Source of the DNA: a virus
IMG/VR virus record: IMGVR_UViG_3300035494_000146
Length of the DNA stretch: 64,000 nt
Direction: 5' to 3' (one strand)
Shown here piece by piece: positions 30,205-39,500 of the stretch. Every line of letters starts with the position of its first letter. Position 1 is the first letter of the stretch. The position numbers were made by a program, and so were the translations under genes. The notes below the pieces were generated by a model, which was not told where the DNA came from, did no database searches, and saw nothing but the letters and a program-made list of their open reading frames with translations.

Positions 30205-31192
30205 GGTCAGACCCCTCATCTTTAACACGGACCCGAAAAAGGTGCCGACGGTGGTGGACGTGTTTCGCGAGGACGTCCTCCAGAAAAAGAACCAGTTAAT
30301 TGGCGATGACCCGCTTCGCAGGGCGGCGGCCAACTACCTGAAACAAGACGTATTGGACCCAGATAAAGTGCTGGCTACACTCACCACTCGAGCAGACAGC
30401 TTTCTGGAAAACATCTCTTCTGAGTTTTCTAACGTCCAGTCGCAACTTGAGCAGGCATTTGACATTCCCAACCTGGATCGGCTAGTGGGCGATTTGGAGA
30501 AAACCGAGTTAGTGCAGGCAGTTAAGAACTTTGACGGTCTGAATCAAGTAAAGGTTATGTATAATGGCGTTGCTCAGTATGTGGACAGTGCCATCGATGC
30601 GATTAACGTGGGACCCATGGTGGAGCTGGTAAACTCTGCCATCGGGAAAACCTCAGACATGCTGTTTTCGGTGGTGGACGTGACCGGACAGTCGGCGCTG
30701 GTGCGCGGGCTCACCGCCAGCCTACTGGCGTGGAAGGCACCGCAGTTGGTCGAGCTGCTGATCGACTCGATTGAGGATGACAAAGCTAAAGAGGATCTGT
30801 GGCAGGAAAATGCGGTACGTGCTGCCAACATGGGCGACCTATCCCAAACGAACCGGTTTCTCGACAAGCTGCCCACCTCCCGCACACGACAGGTGGAGAT
30901 AGAACTCATCCGCGGCATGTTAACCAGCTACCGCCGCCCGCTCAATGACACCCGCTCACTGAAGGAAGTCGGTCAGGAACTTCTGGCGTTTTGCAGTCGC
31001 ATCAATCCTCAGTGGGACGTGCACCCTTCCGGCGCTGCTGAACTGGCACCCTACATAGGTGCCAGCGAAGACACATACGCGGCGCTATGTCACACAGACC
31101 GGTGGGCGTTAGCCACTGCTGGTCAGAACGTCAAGGTGGAGCGCTTTGACACTTTATTTAATCGACTCTTCCCTCAATTCACTAAGGAGTAA
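30191..31192 (+). CDS. Probable virion structural protein
   Basis: 333-aa ORF, AAGGA RBS; no recognisable motif. Confidence 0.55.
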   Translation: MIMSEVRPLIFNTDPKKVPTVVDVFREDVLQKKNQLIGDDPLRRAAANYLKQDVLDPDKVLATLTTRADSFLENISSEFSNVQSQLEQAFDIPNLDRLVGDLEKTELVQAVKNFDGLNQVKVMYNGVAQYVDSAIDAINVGPMVELVNSAIGKTSDMLFSVVDVTGQSALVRGLTASLLAWKAPQLVELLIDSIEDDKAKEDLWQENAVRAANMGDLSQTNRFLDKLPTSRTRQVEIELIRGMLTSYRRPLNDTRSLKEVGQELLAFCSRINPQWDVHPSGAAELAPYIGASEDTYAALCHTDRWALATAGQNVKVERFDTLFNRLFPQFTKE

Positions 31193-31194
31193 AC

Positions 31195-31845
31195 ATGCAA
31201 ACCCTTGAAATCAATAACGTAACCCTTACTGTCGGCGACCACCTCCGCATCAGTCGACTGGCGGCAGGCGACACGGTAGTTGAACTGCCAGACGATCATC
31301 CGGTCAAGCTGATTCGTGACGGTAACCAAATTCGTGTTACTCACACTTACAACGAACGGCAGGTGCTGACTATTCCAACATCGCCGGAAGCCGTAGAATC
31401 GATCGCGGTGTATGTCACGGACCCAGTGACTACGTATCGGACGGTGCTGCAGTCCAACCACGAGGTCCTGACCAGAGTGCGTGGTTTGTTTTCCAGCTTC
31501 GTATTGTACGGCAGTCAAGGGCTCCAAAAAGAAACCACCGACCGCCTCAGCTTTGCGTATCGCGTCATCGGCAGTCTGTTTGACCCTGCCATTGTGAAGC
31601 GTGTTGCTGAGAACGAGCATCAGGTACTGCCGACTCTGGCCGCCAAGGATAAACTCCGTCCGCTGATTGCTCGGGTACTGGAGCTGCATTACGGATATAT
31701 CCTGAAACCCAAGGATGGGGTCGATCTGATGGATGCGCCGATTGAGAACATTATCTCGGGGCGAGCGCCGGACACCCTGACCGATTGGGCACTGGCCGTG
31801 GGACTGATTGACCAGGAGCAAGCCATTCGCGCAAAATCCTTCTAA
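31195..31845 (+). CDS. Hypothetical protein
   Basis: 216-aa ORF, AAGGAG RBS. Confidence 0.6.
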   Translation: MQTLEINNVTLTVGDHLRISRLAAGDTVVELPDDHPVKLIRDGNQIRVTHTYNERQVLTIPTSPEAVESIAVYVTDPVTTYRTVLQSNHEVLTRVRGLFSSFVLYGSQGLQKETTDRLSFAYRVIGSLFDPAIVKRVAENEHQVLPTLAAKDKLRPLIARVLELHYGYILKPKDGVDLMDAPIENIISGRAPDTLTDWALAVGLIDQEQAIRAKSF

Positions 31846-31869
31846 TGTCACTGGCAAAAGGAACCTGTC

Positions 31870-32748
31870 ATGATCCGAGTACATACTGCACAAATGAACG
31901 TAGGAAAGTGTATTCCGCGAAACGGTAACGTGGTGTTCATAGACACCACAGTCAGTAGCGGGACTGAGATGGTCAGGGAGAACATCGCCCCCACCTGGGA
32001 GATGGTTCGATCCTTTAAGGCAGGTAAGCTGAGCGAGCGGGAGTACACTGACCTCTACCGGGATCGGCTGTCGCACATGACCGATGTTTGCCGTCACCGG
32101 TTTGAGCGCCTGGCGCTTGGTGAGAACGGCATCACCGATATTATCCTCGGTTGTTATTGTGCGCCTGGCACGTTCTGCCATCGATTGCTGCTACAGACGT
32201 GGCTAATCGATACCTTTGACTTTGTCCGCGGCTGGGAAGTCAGTCGTGAGATGGTGAACACTGTGGAAAAGCCCAACGGATCCGTGATCAGCATCACGGA
32301 CTCAGGGATGCGGACAGTCGACGAGCTGCGACAAATCCTCAGTAAGGAGATGGATGCAGGCCACCTCCGGTTCGTGGATCGGGATAATCTCGGGGCGGAC
32401 TTTGACTTGCCGGCTGCAGAAAGTGCCTACGATCAAGCCCTGACCGGGTTCGTGAGCCTGTCTCATCTGTTCCGGGCACGGAGTACCGACCCGCATGACA
32501 AAGTCACGTGTGTGGATGTGACGTATCTGGCAGCCAGCATGTACGATGTGGGCTTCCTTGAGAAAGGAGGGGAGTACCTGATGAAGGCCAACCCCACCAC
32601 TACCGCAGGCGGGTTAGTGGGGGAACACTTCAACGGTCAGCGGGGCTGGCATGTTATTCGGATCACTGACGATATGTCCGATGATGATGTGCGTAAAATA
32701 ATTCGACATCGCGGACTTCAATCGGTCGTAACCATAGGGAGTTCTTAA
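31870..32748 (+). CDS. DUF488-like N-terminal domain fused to an uncharacterised C-terminal domain
   Basis: APTWEMV...EREYTDLYRDRL...LGCYCAPGTFCHRLLL matches the DUF488/YeaO pattern. Confidence 0.6.
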   Translation: MIRVHTAQMNVGKCIPRNGNVVFIDTTVSSGTEMVRENIAPTWEMVRSFKAGKLSEREYTDLYRDRLSHMTDVCRHRFERLALGENGITDIILGCYCAPGTFCHRLLLQTWLIDTFDFVRGWEVSREMVNTVEKPNGSVISITDSGMRTVDELRQILSKEMDAGHLRFVDRDNLGADFDLPAAESAYDQALTGFVSLSHLFRARSTDPHDKVTCVDVTYLAASMYDVGFLEKGGEYLMKANPTTTAGGLVGEHFNGQRGWHVIRITDDMSDDDVRKIIRHRGLQSVVTIGSS

Positions 32749-32754
32749 TAATCC

Positions 32755-33291
32755 ATGGCTGTTGTAACTATTGACGGTACTGATTACCGCGTGGGCGATG
32801 ATGGCGTCACGCACCTGAACGTGTATTCCCAAGCATCTACTGAATTAGGTCGTTGGTTATCTAACTTCACCCGAACTGAGCTGGACTTGCCGGAAGGTCA
32901 GTTCGTGTCTTTAGAAGGCTATTACCATTACCTGAAAATTCAACAGGCGCTGACGGAACACGGACATGTCCCAAACAACATGTTGCAGCGCCGCATCGAA
33001 CGCCTTAAACAACTTACCGGCAAAGTCGCTCAGACGTGGGGACGCGATGTAAAGCAGCAACTGCTGCAACTGGGGCTACGTACGCCCAACCGTCCGTCTG
33101 ACGACACGAACCGTGCATTTGAAGCAGCACTTCTGCAAAAACTGGAACGTAATCCAGAAATGGCCGAGCGGCTTTCTTTGGTGCTGGAGGACGGAGTGCC
33201 GCTGGTGCACTACTACGTATTGCCTGACGGTACTGCCTTCTATAAGAAACGGTTTGATTGGCTGTGTGAACGTATCTACGCGGTACTGTAA
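32755..33291 (+). CDS. NADAR-domain protein (YbiA-like)
   Basis: WLSNF...FVSLEGYYHYLK and ALLQKLERNPEMAERL match NADAR LSNF..E-x-Y-x-x-x-K and KF-x-QNP-x-L motifs. Confidence 0.65.
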   Translation: MAVVTIDGTDYRVGDDGVTHLNVYSQASTELGRWLSNFTRTELDLPEGQFVSLEGYYHYLKIQQALTEHGHVPNNMLQRRIERLKQLTGKVAQTWGRDVKQQLLQLGLRTPNRPSDDTNRAFEAALLQKLERNPEMAERLSLVLEDGVPLVHYYVLPDGTAFYKKRFDWLCERIYAVL

Positions 33292-33294
33292 AGT

Positions 33295-33319
33295 GCATGG
33301 AGGGGATGCCCCTCCATGC
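33295..33319 (+). terminator. Hairpin terminator candidate
   Basis: GCATGGAGGGG-ATG-CCCCTCCATGC, 11-bp stem. Confidence 0.6.
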
Positions 33320-33350
33320 TTCCATCTTTGATCAATGAGACTATTTCCCA

Positions 33351-33866
33351 ATGTTAAGCCCCGACACTAAGAACGCATGTCATTTTATTATCGACACCTG
33401 CGCTTTATTTTTGGCTCTTGGCCAATACGCCACAGCGGCAGAACGACGCACTGCGACCCAGTTATCTTTGCGTGCAAAGTGGCACTTGCGACAGCATCCA
33501 GACGTCTATCCGACGAAGCTGATGCGGGAGCGACTGCGCATCGCGGGTTACGGTCGCCGTGCCCGTGTGCTTAAGTCTCTTGTGGATAAATTACCCGAGG
33601 TGACTGAGTCATCTAAACTCACGTTTCAAAACAATCAATACGCTGTCGACATCGAAAACGTCATGGGCGGGTTTTTTATTGCAGGTACCGTAGGCGCGCG
33701 TCGGCCTGATCTCAGCACCACCATTGTTGCGGCCATCTCTAAACGAAATCATGAGCGGGAAGGGCCGTACGACAACTCCACACTTCGGGAAGTGATCCGT
33801 GGCGCGCAAGCGTACAACCTGCAGTTTGATGCCGGCATGGTGCTTCACCGAGAGGTGTCTGTATGA
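33351..33866 (+). CDS. Hypothetical protein
   Basis: 171-aa ORF. Confidence 0.55.
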   Translation: MLSPDTKNACHFIIDTCALFLALGQYATAAERRTATQLSLRAKWHLRQHPDVYPTKLMRERLRIAGYGRRARVLKSLVDKLPEVTESSKLTFQNNQYAVDIENVMGGFFIAGTVGARRPDLSTTIVAAISKRNHEREGPYDNSTLREVIRGAQAYNLQFDAGMVLHREVSV

Positions 33867-34366
33867 ACTACCCTGAACAGGCATTGTTGAACGGCCTACT
33901 CGCCAACGTGGAATCATCAGTCAACTTGCACGAAGCGGTCGGCATTCTCACACGTCTAATCGCACGGCCCAATCTGGAATACAGCTCGGTACATCTGAAA
34001 CTGCAGCGCCTGCTCGGTTATTGCTTACGCCGCATTCGCCTTCACGGACCCAACCTCACACCACGATTTAGGCGTGAGTGGGCGAACGTGCAATGGCAGC
34101 TTCGCAACGTGGCATTTGCTGAGTGCCTTACTGCTAGCACCACAGTACCAAAGTGCGACCAACATCACTATGAGGTTGCCGAGGACGGCCACGCGGTATT
34201 GGTAATTTATGGCATCACGCCACAGCACCAGCGCACCATCAAACACTGGGTGCCGAGAACACTACCATTCGATACCATGCAGTATTGCCCAGACCTGTGC
34301 ATTTACAGTTTGTCGATTTTGCGCGGTCGACTGCGTTGCTGCGATGAAGTCTGGAATGCGATGTGA
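33863..34366 (+). CDS. Hypothetical protein
   Basis: 167-aa ORF, GAGGTG RBS, ATGA overlap. Confidence 0.6.
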   Translation: MNYPEQALLNGLLANVESSVNLHEAVGILTRLIARPNLEYSSVHLKLQRLLGYCLRRIRLHGPNLTPRFRREWANVQWQLRNVAFAECLTASTTVPKCDQHHYEVAEDGHAVLVIYGITPQHQRTIKHWVPRTLPFDTMQYCPDLCIYSLSILRGRLRCCDEVWNAM

Positions 34367-34368
34367 CG

Positions 34369-34411
34369 CAAAAAAGGAGGAGGGCAGTGCCCTCCTCGGT
34401 TCTTTTTTTTT
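34369..34411. terminator. Bidirectional terminator
   Basis: A tract - GAGGAGGGC-AGT-GCCCTCCTC - T tract between convergent genes. Confidence 0.85.
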
Positions 34412-34414
34412 GCC

Positions 34415-36538
34415 TTAGCGGGACGAGCTGGCCGAGAAGGCCTTCAGCACGTTGATGGGGAAAGTGTTAGCAAACGAGTTGGTAATCCGTCCTTCCATGA
34501 ATGCGGACTTCCACGATTGTTTCCACTTATTGGCGTTGAAAATCATTTTCTCCACACTTGAGGTCATTTCCTGCAACGACGCTCCGCCGATGGTGGCCAT
34601 GTAATCCGTATACATGTTGTCATCGTCGAACATACCAGGATCTTTCAAGATCGGCATATGCATGACTTTCGACAAGTCCTTCACATTGAAAGTCACGTCG
34701 CATGACAACATCTTACCATCCGACCGCCACCCCACGTTACCAGTACCGCGTTGAATACTGACCGAGTCGATAATGCCCAACCGAATGTTCTGTCGGCCAC
34801 GGGAATACAGCTCCACCAAGAACGGGCTGGTGTGGGTCTGCTTGCCAGTAGCAAGCGGCAAACAGCCCGCCAGGATGAAACACAACGGCAGGGTGATGTT
34901 CTGGAAGATGGCCAAGTCGTTACCATAGGGGGTACGCAACTGGATCGTAAACGATTCCGTCCCCACTTGGGCAGTGGAGGCGTCCCATACTTCCGGGATG
35001 TCAATGATGGAGCTGCCGTAGATTGCCGCCAGACCGGTAATGTGGAACGCTTCCAAGGCGCCGCCTACGAAGTCTTTTACCCCCGACATTGCCTGATCGA
35101 CGATATCGAAGCCAGTTTTACCGCCGGACGTATTGACCTCCAACGAGCGGGCCGCTGACGACAGGCTATTCATCGTACTGGCAATCTCAGGTTCGCGAGT
35201 ACTGTTAGAAAACGAATCTGACAGAGTCGTTTTGGCGTCGACACGGAACGTGATCCAGTCACCCCCCTCCTTCAGTTCCGAGGCCAACATGTCTCCAGCT
35301 CGAGCCACGGTAGATGCTGCTGCTTCGTTACCATCAACCGCCCATTCCCACAGGCCAGACCAAAACGAACTGTTGGTTTGGTTAGGATCCACCCCCGACG
35401 ACGCAGACGTTGTGGCTGTGTCTGCGATTTGTCCTTCTTCCTGCTCGTTGACGATGTTGATGCCGCTGATGCCCGATTGTGAAGCGGCATGGGCCTGTAC
35501 CGCGTCCCACGTTTTGGCCTCTTCCCGTTCTTCATCAGCGTTCTGCTGATACATCGGGTTATTGGCGTACGACATGGCCAGCGCTTTCAGTGACATTTCC
35601 CGTTCAGTCACCTGACTCTGCATAACGTTGGTACGTTTAACCTGGTCAACGTATGCCTGCAGTTTGAACAGGTACTCATCCTCACTTTTAGACTGCCGGT
35701 AGATGCGCTCAACCTCTTCCGCCTGGTAATTCGCCAACACCTGGAACCGGTTAACTGCACGGAACACGTCAAACTTACCGTTGGCCTTCCAAATGTCGGG
35801 CAGTGACTCATACAGCTCTTCGATCTGGCTATTCAAGACATTACCAGATTCCGTCACGTCCTGCTTTCGATCCATGCCAAAAGGCTCGCTGTACGGCACC
35901 AACTTACTATGCAGTAGTTGCGTATCCGCCATCACCTGCACGGCCTGCAAATACAGGTTCGGTGTCGGTTTCAGGTAATAGTACTTAGAGGGCTTCTTTC
36001 CCGTTACCATTTTCAACACTTGTGAGGTAACAATGAGTGGGATCAGTACTCCCAGCGGGATTAAGGTAAACATCGCCCCCAGACCAGCAGCGCGACCCAG
36101 GTCCCGCATGGCACTGGAGTACTTACCGGTTTTAGCCAGACGGGCGGCGTCTCGATCGTACATGTTAGCGAAGAACGCAATCATCCCGGTGTACTTGGGT
36201 ACACCAAAGCGCATGTGAACGTACTGCGAGTTATCGTCAATAACTTCGGAGTAGAACCGTCCCATGCTGTAGCTACCCACCCGATCTTCCCGTTTAATGA
36301 GTTTACTCTGGTACGCCTCGCTCAGATCGGCACGCGTCAGCAACCCACCCACCTTCGGGTCCGCAAATCGGGTGTGTTGCGGAGGTGGGTTCAATGCTTG
36401 GTTGCCGCCCAGTGAGGTGTCTGCAAATTTAAACTCAGCACTGGTGCGGGGACGACTGCTCGTTCGTCGACCGCGGGCAGTTGGCGCTAAACCAAAAGCC
36501 CCGCGTATCCAGCGTGTGTCCTCCATTCGGATTGCCAT
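34415..36538 (-). CDS. Baseplate hub-like virion protein (phiKZ gp182-like)
   Basis: 707-aa ORF directly downstream of the tape measure; C-terminal YSRGRQNIRLGIIDSVSIQRGTGNVGW pattern of tube-like hub proteins. Confidence 0.65.
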   Translation of the reverse strand: MAIRMEDTRWIRGAFGLAPTARGRRTSSRPRTSAEFKFADTSLGGNQALNPPPQHTRFADPKVGGLLTRADLSEAYQSKLIKREDRVGSYSMGRFYSEVIDDNSQYVHMRFGVPKYTGMIAFFANMYDRDAARLAKTGKYSSAMRDLGRAAGLGAMFTLIPLGVLIPLIVTSQVLKMVTGKKPSKYYYLKPTPNLYLQAVQVMADTQLLHSKLVPYSEPFGMDRKQDVTESGNVLNSQIEELYESLPDIWKANGKFDVFRAVNRFQVLANYQAEEVERIYRQSKSEDEYLFKLQAYVDQVKRTNVMQSQVTEREMSLKALAMSYANNPMYQQNADEEREEAKTWDAVQAHAASQSGISGINIVNEQEEGQIADTATTSASSGVDPNQTNSSFWSGLWEWAVDGNEAAASTVARAGDMLASELKEGGDWITFRVDAKTTLSDSFSNSTREPEIASTMNSLSSAARSLEVNTSGGKTGFDIVDQAMSGVKDFVGGALEAFHITGLAAIYGSSIIDIPEVWDASTAQVGTESFTIQLRTPYGNDLAIFQNITLPLCFILAGCLPLATGKQTHTSPFLVELYSRGRQNIRLGIIDSVSIQRGTGNVGWRSDGKMLSCDVTFNVKDLSKVMHMPILKDPGMFDDDNMYTDYMATIGGASLQEMTSSVEKMIFNANKWKQSWKSAFMEGRITNSFANTFPINVLKAFSASSSR

Positions 36539-36561
36539 GGATGAACTCCTTATGAAATGGG

Positions 36562-36583
36562 GGTGGTGGGCGTACCCACCACC
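36562..36583 (-). terminator. Hairpin between tape measure and hub genes
   Basis: GGTGGTGGG-CGTA-CCCACCACC. Confidence 0.55.
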
Positions 36584-36586
36584 GGA

Positions 36587-39500
36587 TTAAAAATACTCAC
36601 GCGCCATGGAGATCACTCCCCGTTGGTGTGTAACTGCAGGCTCGGCTTTCACTTTGCCCTGACTGGACGCCACAGTAGGTGGGGCGACAGGCGATTTTGG
36701 TGCATTCGATGATTTTAGTAACTGGTCACGAATACTCAGGAGGGTGGCGGCCATCTCCCGCTGAACCAGCAACTGTTCATTGAGGATACCGTTGGTTGCC
36801 TCAGCCATGGCTCGCTGTTGGCGTGTAATGGAGGCCATTACTTCCGACAAGTTCATGGCAGGCGCTACCGTGTTGGTCATCACCTCGTCTTTAACCGCGG
36901 TCTCATACCGTTCCATGTCGACGCGGTGGGGACCATCACCTACCTTTTTACGCATGGCGCCAACCGTGCGCTCGGCAATGCTGGACCCCACTGACGGTGC
37001 CTCAGACGGTATGATAGTAGACACCGCACCCTGGTTGCGTTCTGCTGTTACTTGACGAACGTCTTGCTTGGCTTTTGCAACCGTCACCGCTTCTCGTTGT
37101 TCTGGCGTGGATGACTCGGGCAGACCACTATCTGCTGCTGGCGAGGGCATCGCCCCACCGCCCATGTTCGGTGCTGGAGTATCCACCACATTGCCAGAAA
37201 CCGAGGCTGAAGCCACCGACGCTGCCTCGGGCGATGAAGGTGGGGCCATTGGCGGCTCGATCGCCTTCTGACCCGGAACCGAAGCATACTGACTCACGGA
37301 GTTAAAGGCGTTCCGGGCACGCCGCTGCAGTTCCATGTACACTTCTCGGTAGCTGCGCGGACGGTTGCCCGCGTAGAACACCCAGGTATTTGCCTTGGCT
37401 TGTTTCTGCCATTCTGGCAACACGCTTTTATCTGGATGTTTCTTCAGACCACGCAAGAACGTTCGTGCACCGCCCGGCCCAAGGAAATGGGACAGGTACA
37501 GGTCCACTGGTGTGGCCTTACCGCTCGGCGACAAGTTCCCAACCGTTCGTGCACCCAACCGCAGATACTCCGCCCCCAGGAGGGCGTTAGCCACCGGATC
37601 GAACGCACTGGCATTAGACGGAATGCCGTACTTGTTGGCGTGGGCACGCAATTGCTCGCCCCAAGTCCCGCTCTTGCCGTCCTTACCCACCAAGAACTGA
37701 TACAGGCCTTTGGCAGACGATGTTGTCGCACCTGCATTTGGATTCAATGACGATTCCATCATGGCTACTGTCAACATCAGGTTCTCGTCCATCCCTGTCG
37801 CTTTGGAGACCTCACTGATCATCTTGGCCACGTCGCCGCGACTATGCGAAGCCAGCTTGATCTTGGCATATGCACCGTTTGGATCTACCGGGTCAGATAT
37901 ATCTCCTATCGGAATACCGCTACTAGAGATAGGGCCGCCGCTGTTACCGCCTGGACCACCCACCTGCCGGTTATTCCAAGCGTTGTCGATGGCGCTACTT
38001 ACCTGCTGCCGCTGTTGGTCAGCCGACCCCGCAGTGACCACCGGTCCAGTACCACTACCGCTGTCGGCGCGTGGCCGGTTGTTAGTGCCGGCGGTCAGCA
38101 CTTGTGCGGTTGGCCGGTTTGGATCGATGGTCTTCTCTGCCAGTTCGGCTGCAGCCTTACGGCTCTCCAGAAACTCGATGTTGCCCTGGGTCGATTTCGG
38201 ATCCGTGTTGATCGGGTCTTTGTCGTTCCAGGGGTTAAACATCACAGACCACACCCCAACGTTTTCACCTCCTATTTCAACCCTGGCCCACGTCAGCGAT
38301 TTAGCCACGTCGGCAAGGTACGGGGTTGTGGACGACTCAACGATATCGAACGGGCGCGCGTTTGGCGCGTGCATGTTGAGTACAGATAGGTATTTCAGCA
38401 AGATCGGTAAGAAGCGGTGCGTGAACCACCCTCTCCATGCGGTCTGTTGTTCGGCATCGTCGTAGTTACTGCCAAACTCGGGCATGTGGACTTTTGCAAA
38501 CTCTTCCACACTTCCTTTAAATTTGGCAATGCCGCGACTGATCACGATGTGCTCATGTGCATCCAGCTCCAATGCCATCAAGGTTAATACCTTTGATGTT
38601 TTCAGTTTGGTTAAGCCGTATGCACGCATCCGCACCGCCTCAGTGGCAGACAGTTCGATGATACCCATGCGGAAGTTGCCCGAGGCAGCATCCAACATGA
38701 TCTCATCGACGCTGGCAGTTGAGGATTTTTTATTGTCGGTGTCGTGGTTAGGGTTCGCCGATTTCTTGACCGTTACCACACTGCCTGAACCTGAATCGGT
38801 TGGTGCAGGGCTCTTTATTGCGACCACGGTCGTGTCCTTCTCGGCTGACGCAAGAACCTTGTCTTTGGCTTTCTCAGCTTTCTTTTTCAAGTCGCTGAGC
38901 AGGTCCAAATGGATGCCGCGTACCTTAGTGCCAGACAGCAGGTCATCCCGACCAAACCAACCAGGCTCGAACGGCGACACCATTACGTTGAAGACTGGAT
39001 GAGTCTCGGGCAACAGTGTTCGTTGGGCCATCTCCGCACGAATCTTGGCATCAGTTACGGTCTTTTCCAATTCACCCATGGTCGATGATGGCGATAACTG
39101 CCGAAGACGACTGGCCCACAACAGGTAGACAGAACAGAAGCGGCCGTAGAACCAATCTTCGTATGCCTGCAAGTCCTCTGCATTATCGACGTCAACGCCA
39201 AAGCCAGCCGCCACCTGAATGGCGGTTTCATCAGCAAAGCCACGAATGGAAGCCACCCCATCCTTATTGTAAGCAACGTACTTACCGACCTCTGCCTCTA
39301 AATACCGGATCTTGGCAACTTCGTCATGTTTGGCATCGTCGTAATCCTCCAGACCATATTGCGCAAAACGAATCTGATCCAACGGACCATTGTCCTCGCT
39401 TGTCGCAATGCGGTACGCAAGGTAACCAAGCCCCCCTACGGCGATGGCCCCCAACACCACAGGTGCGGTCAAGAACGACCCCACGGCGGCCGCACCAGAT

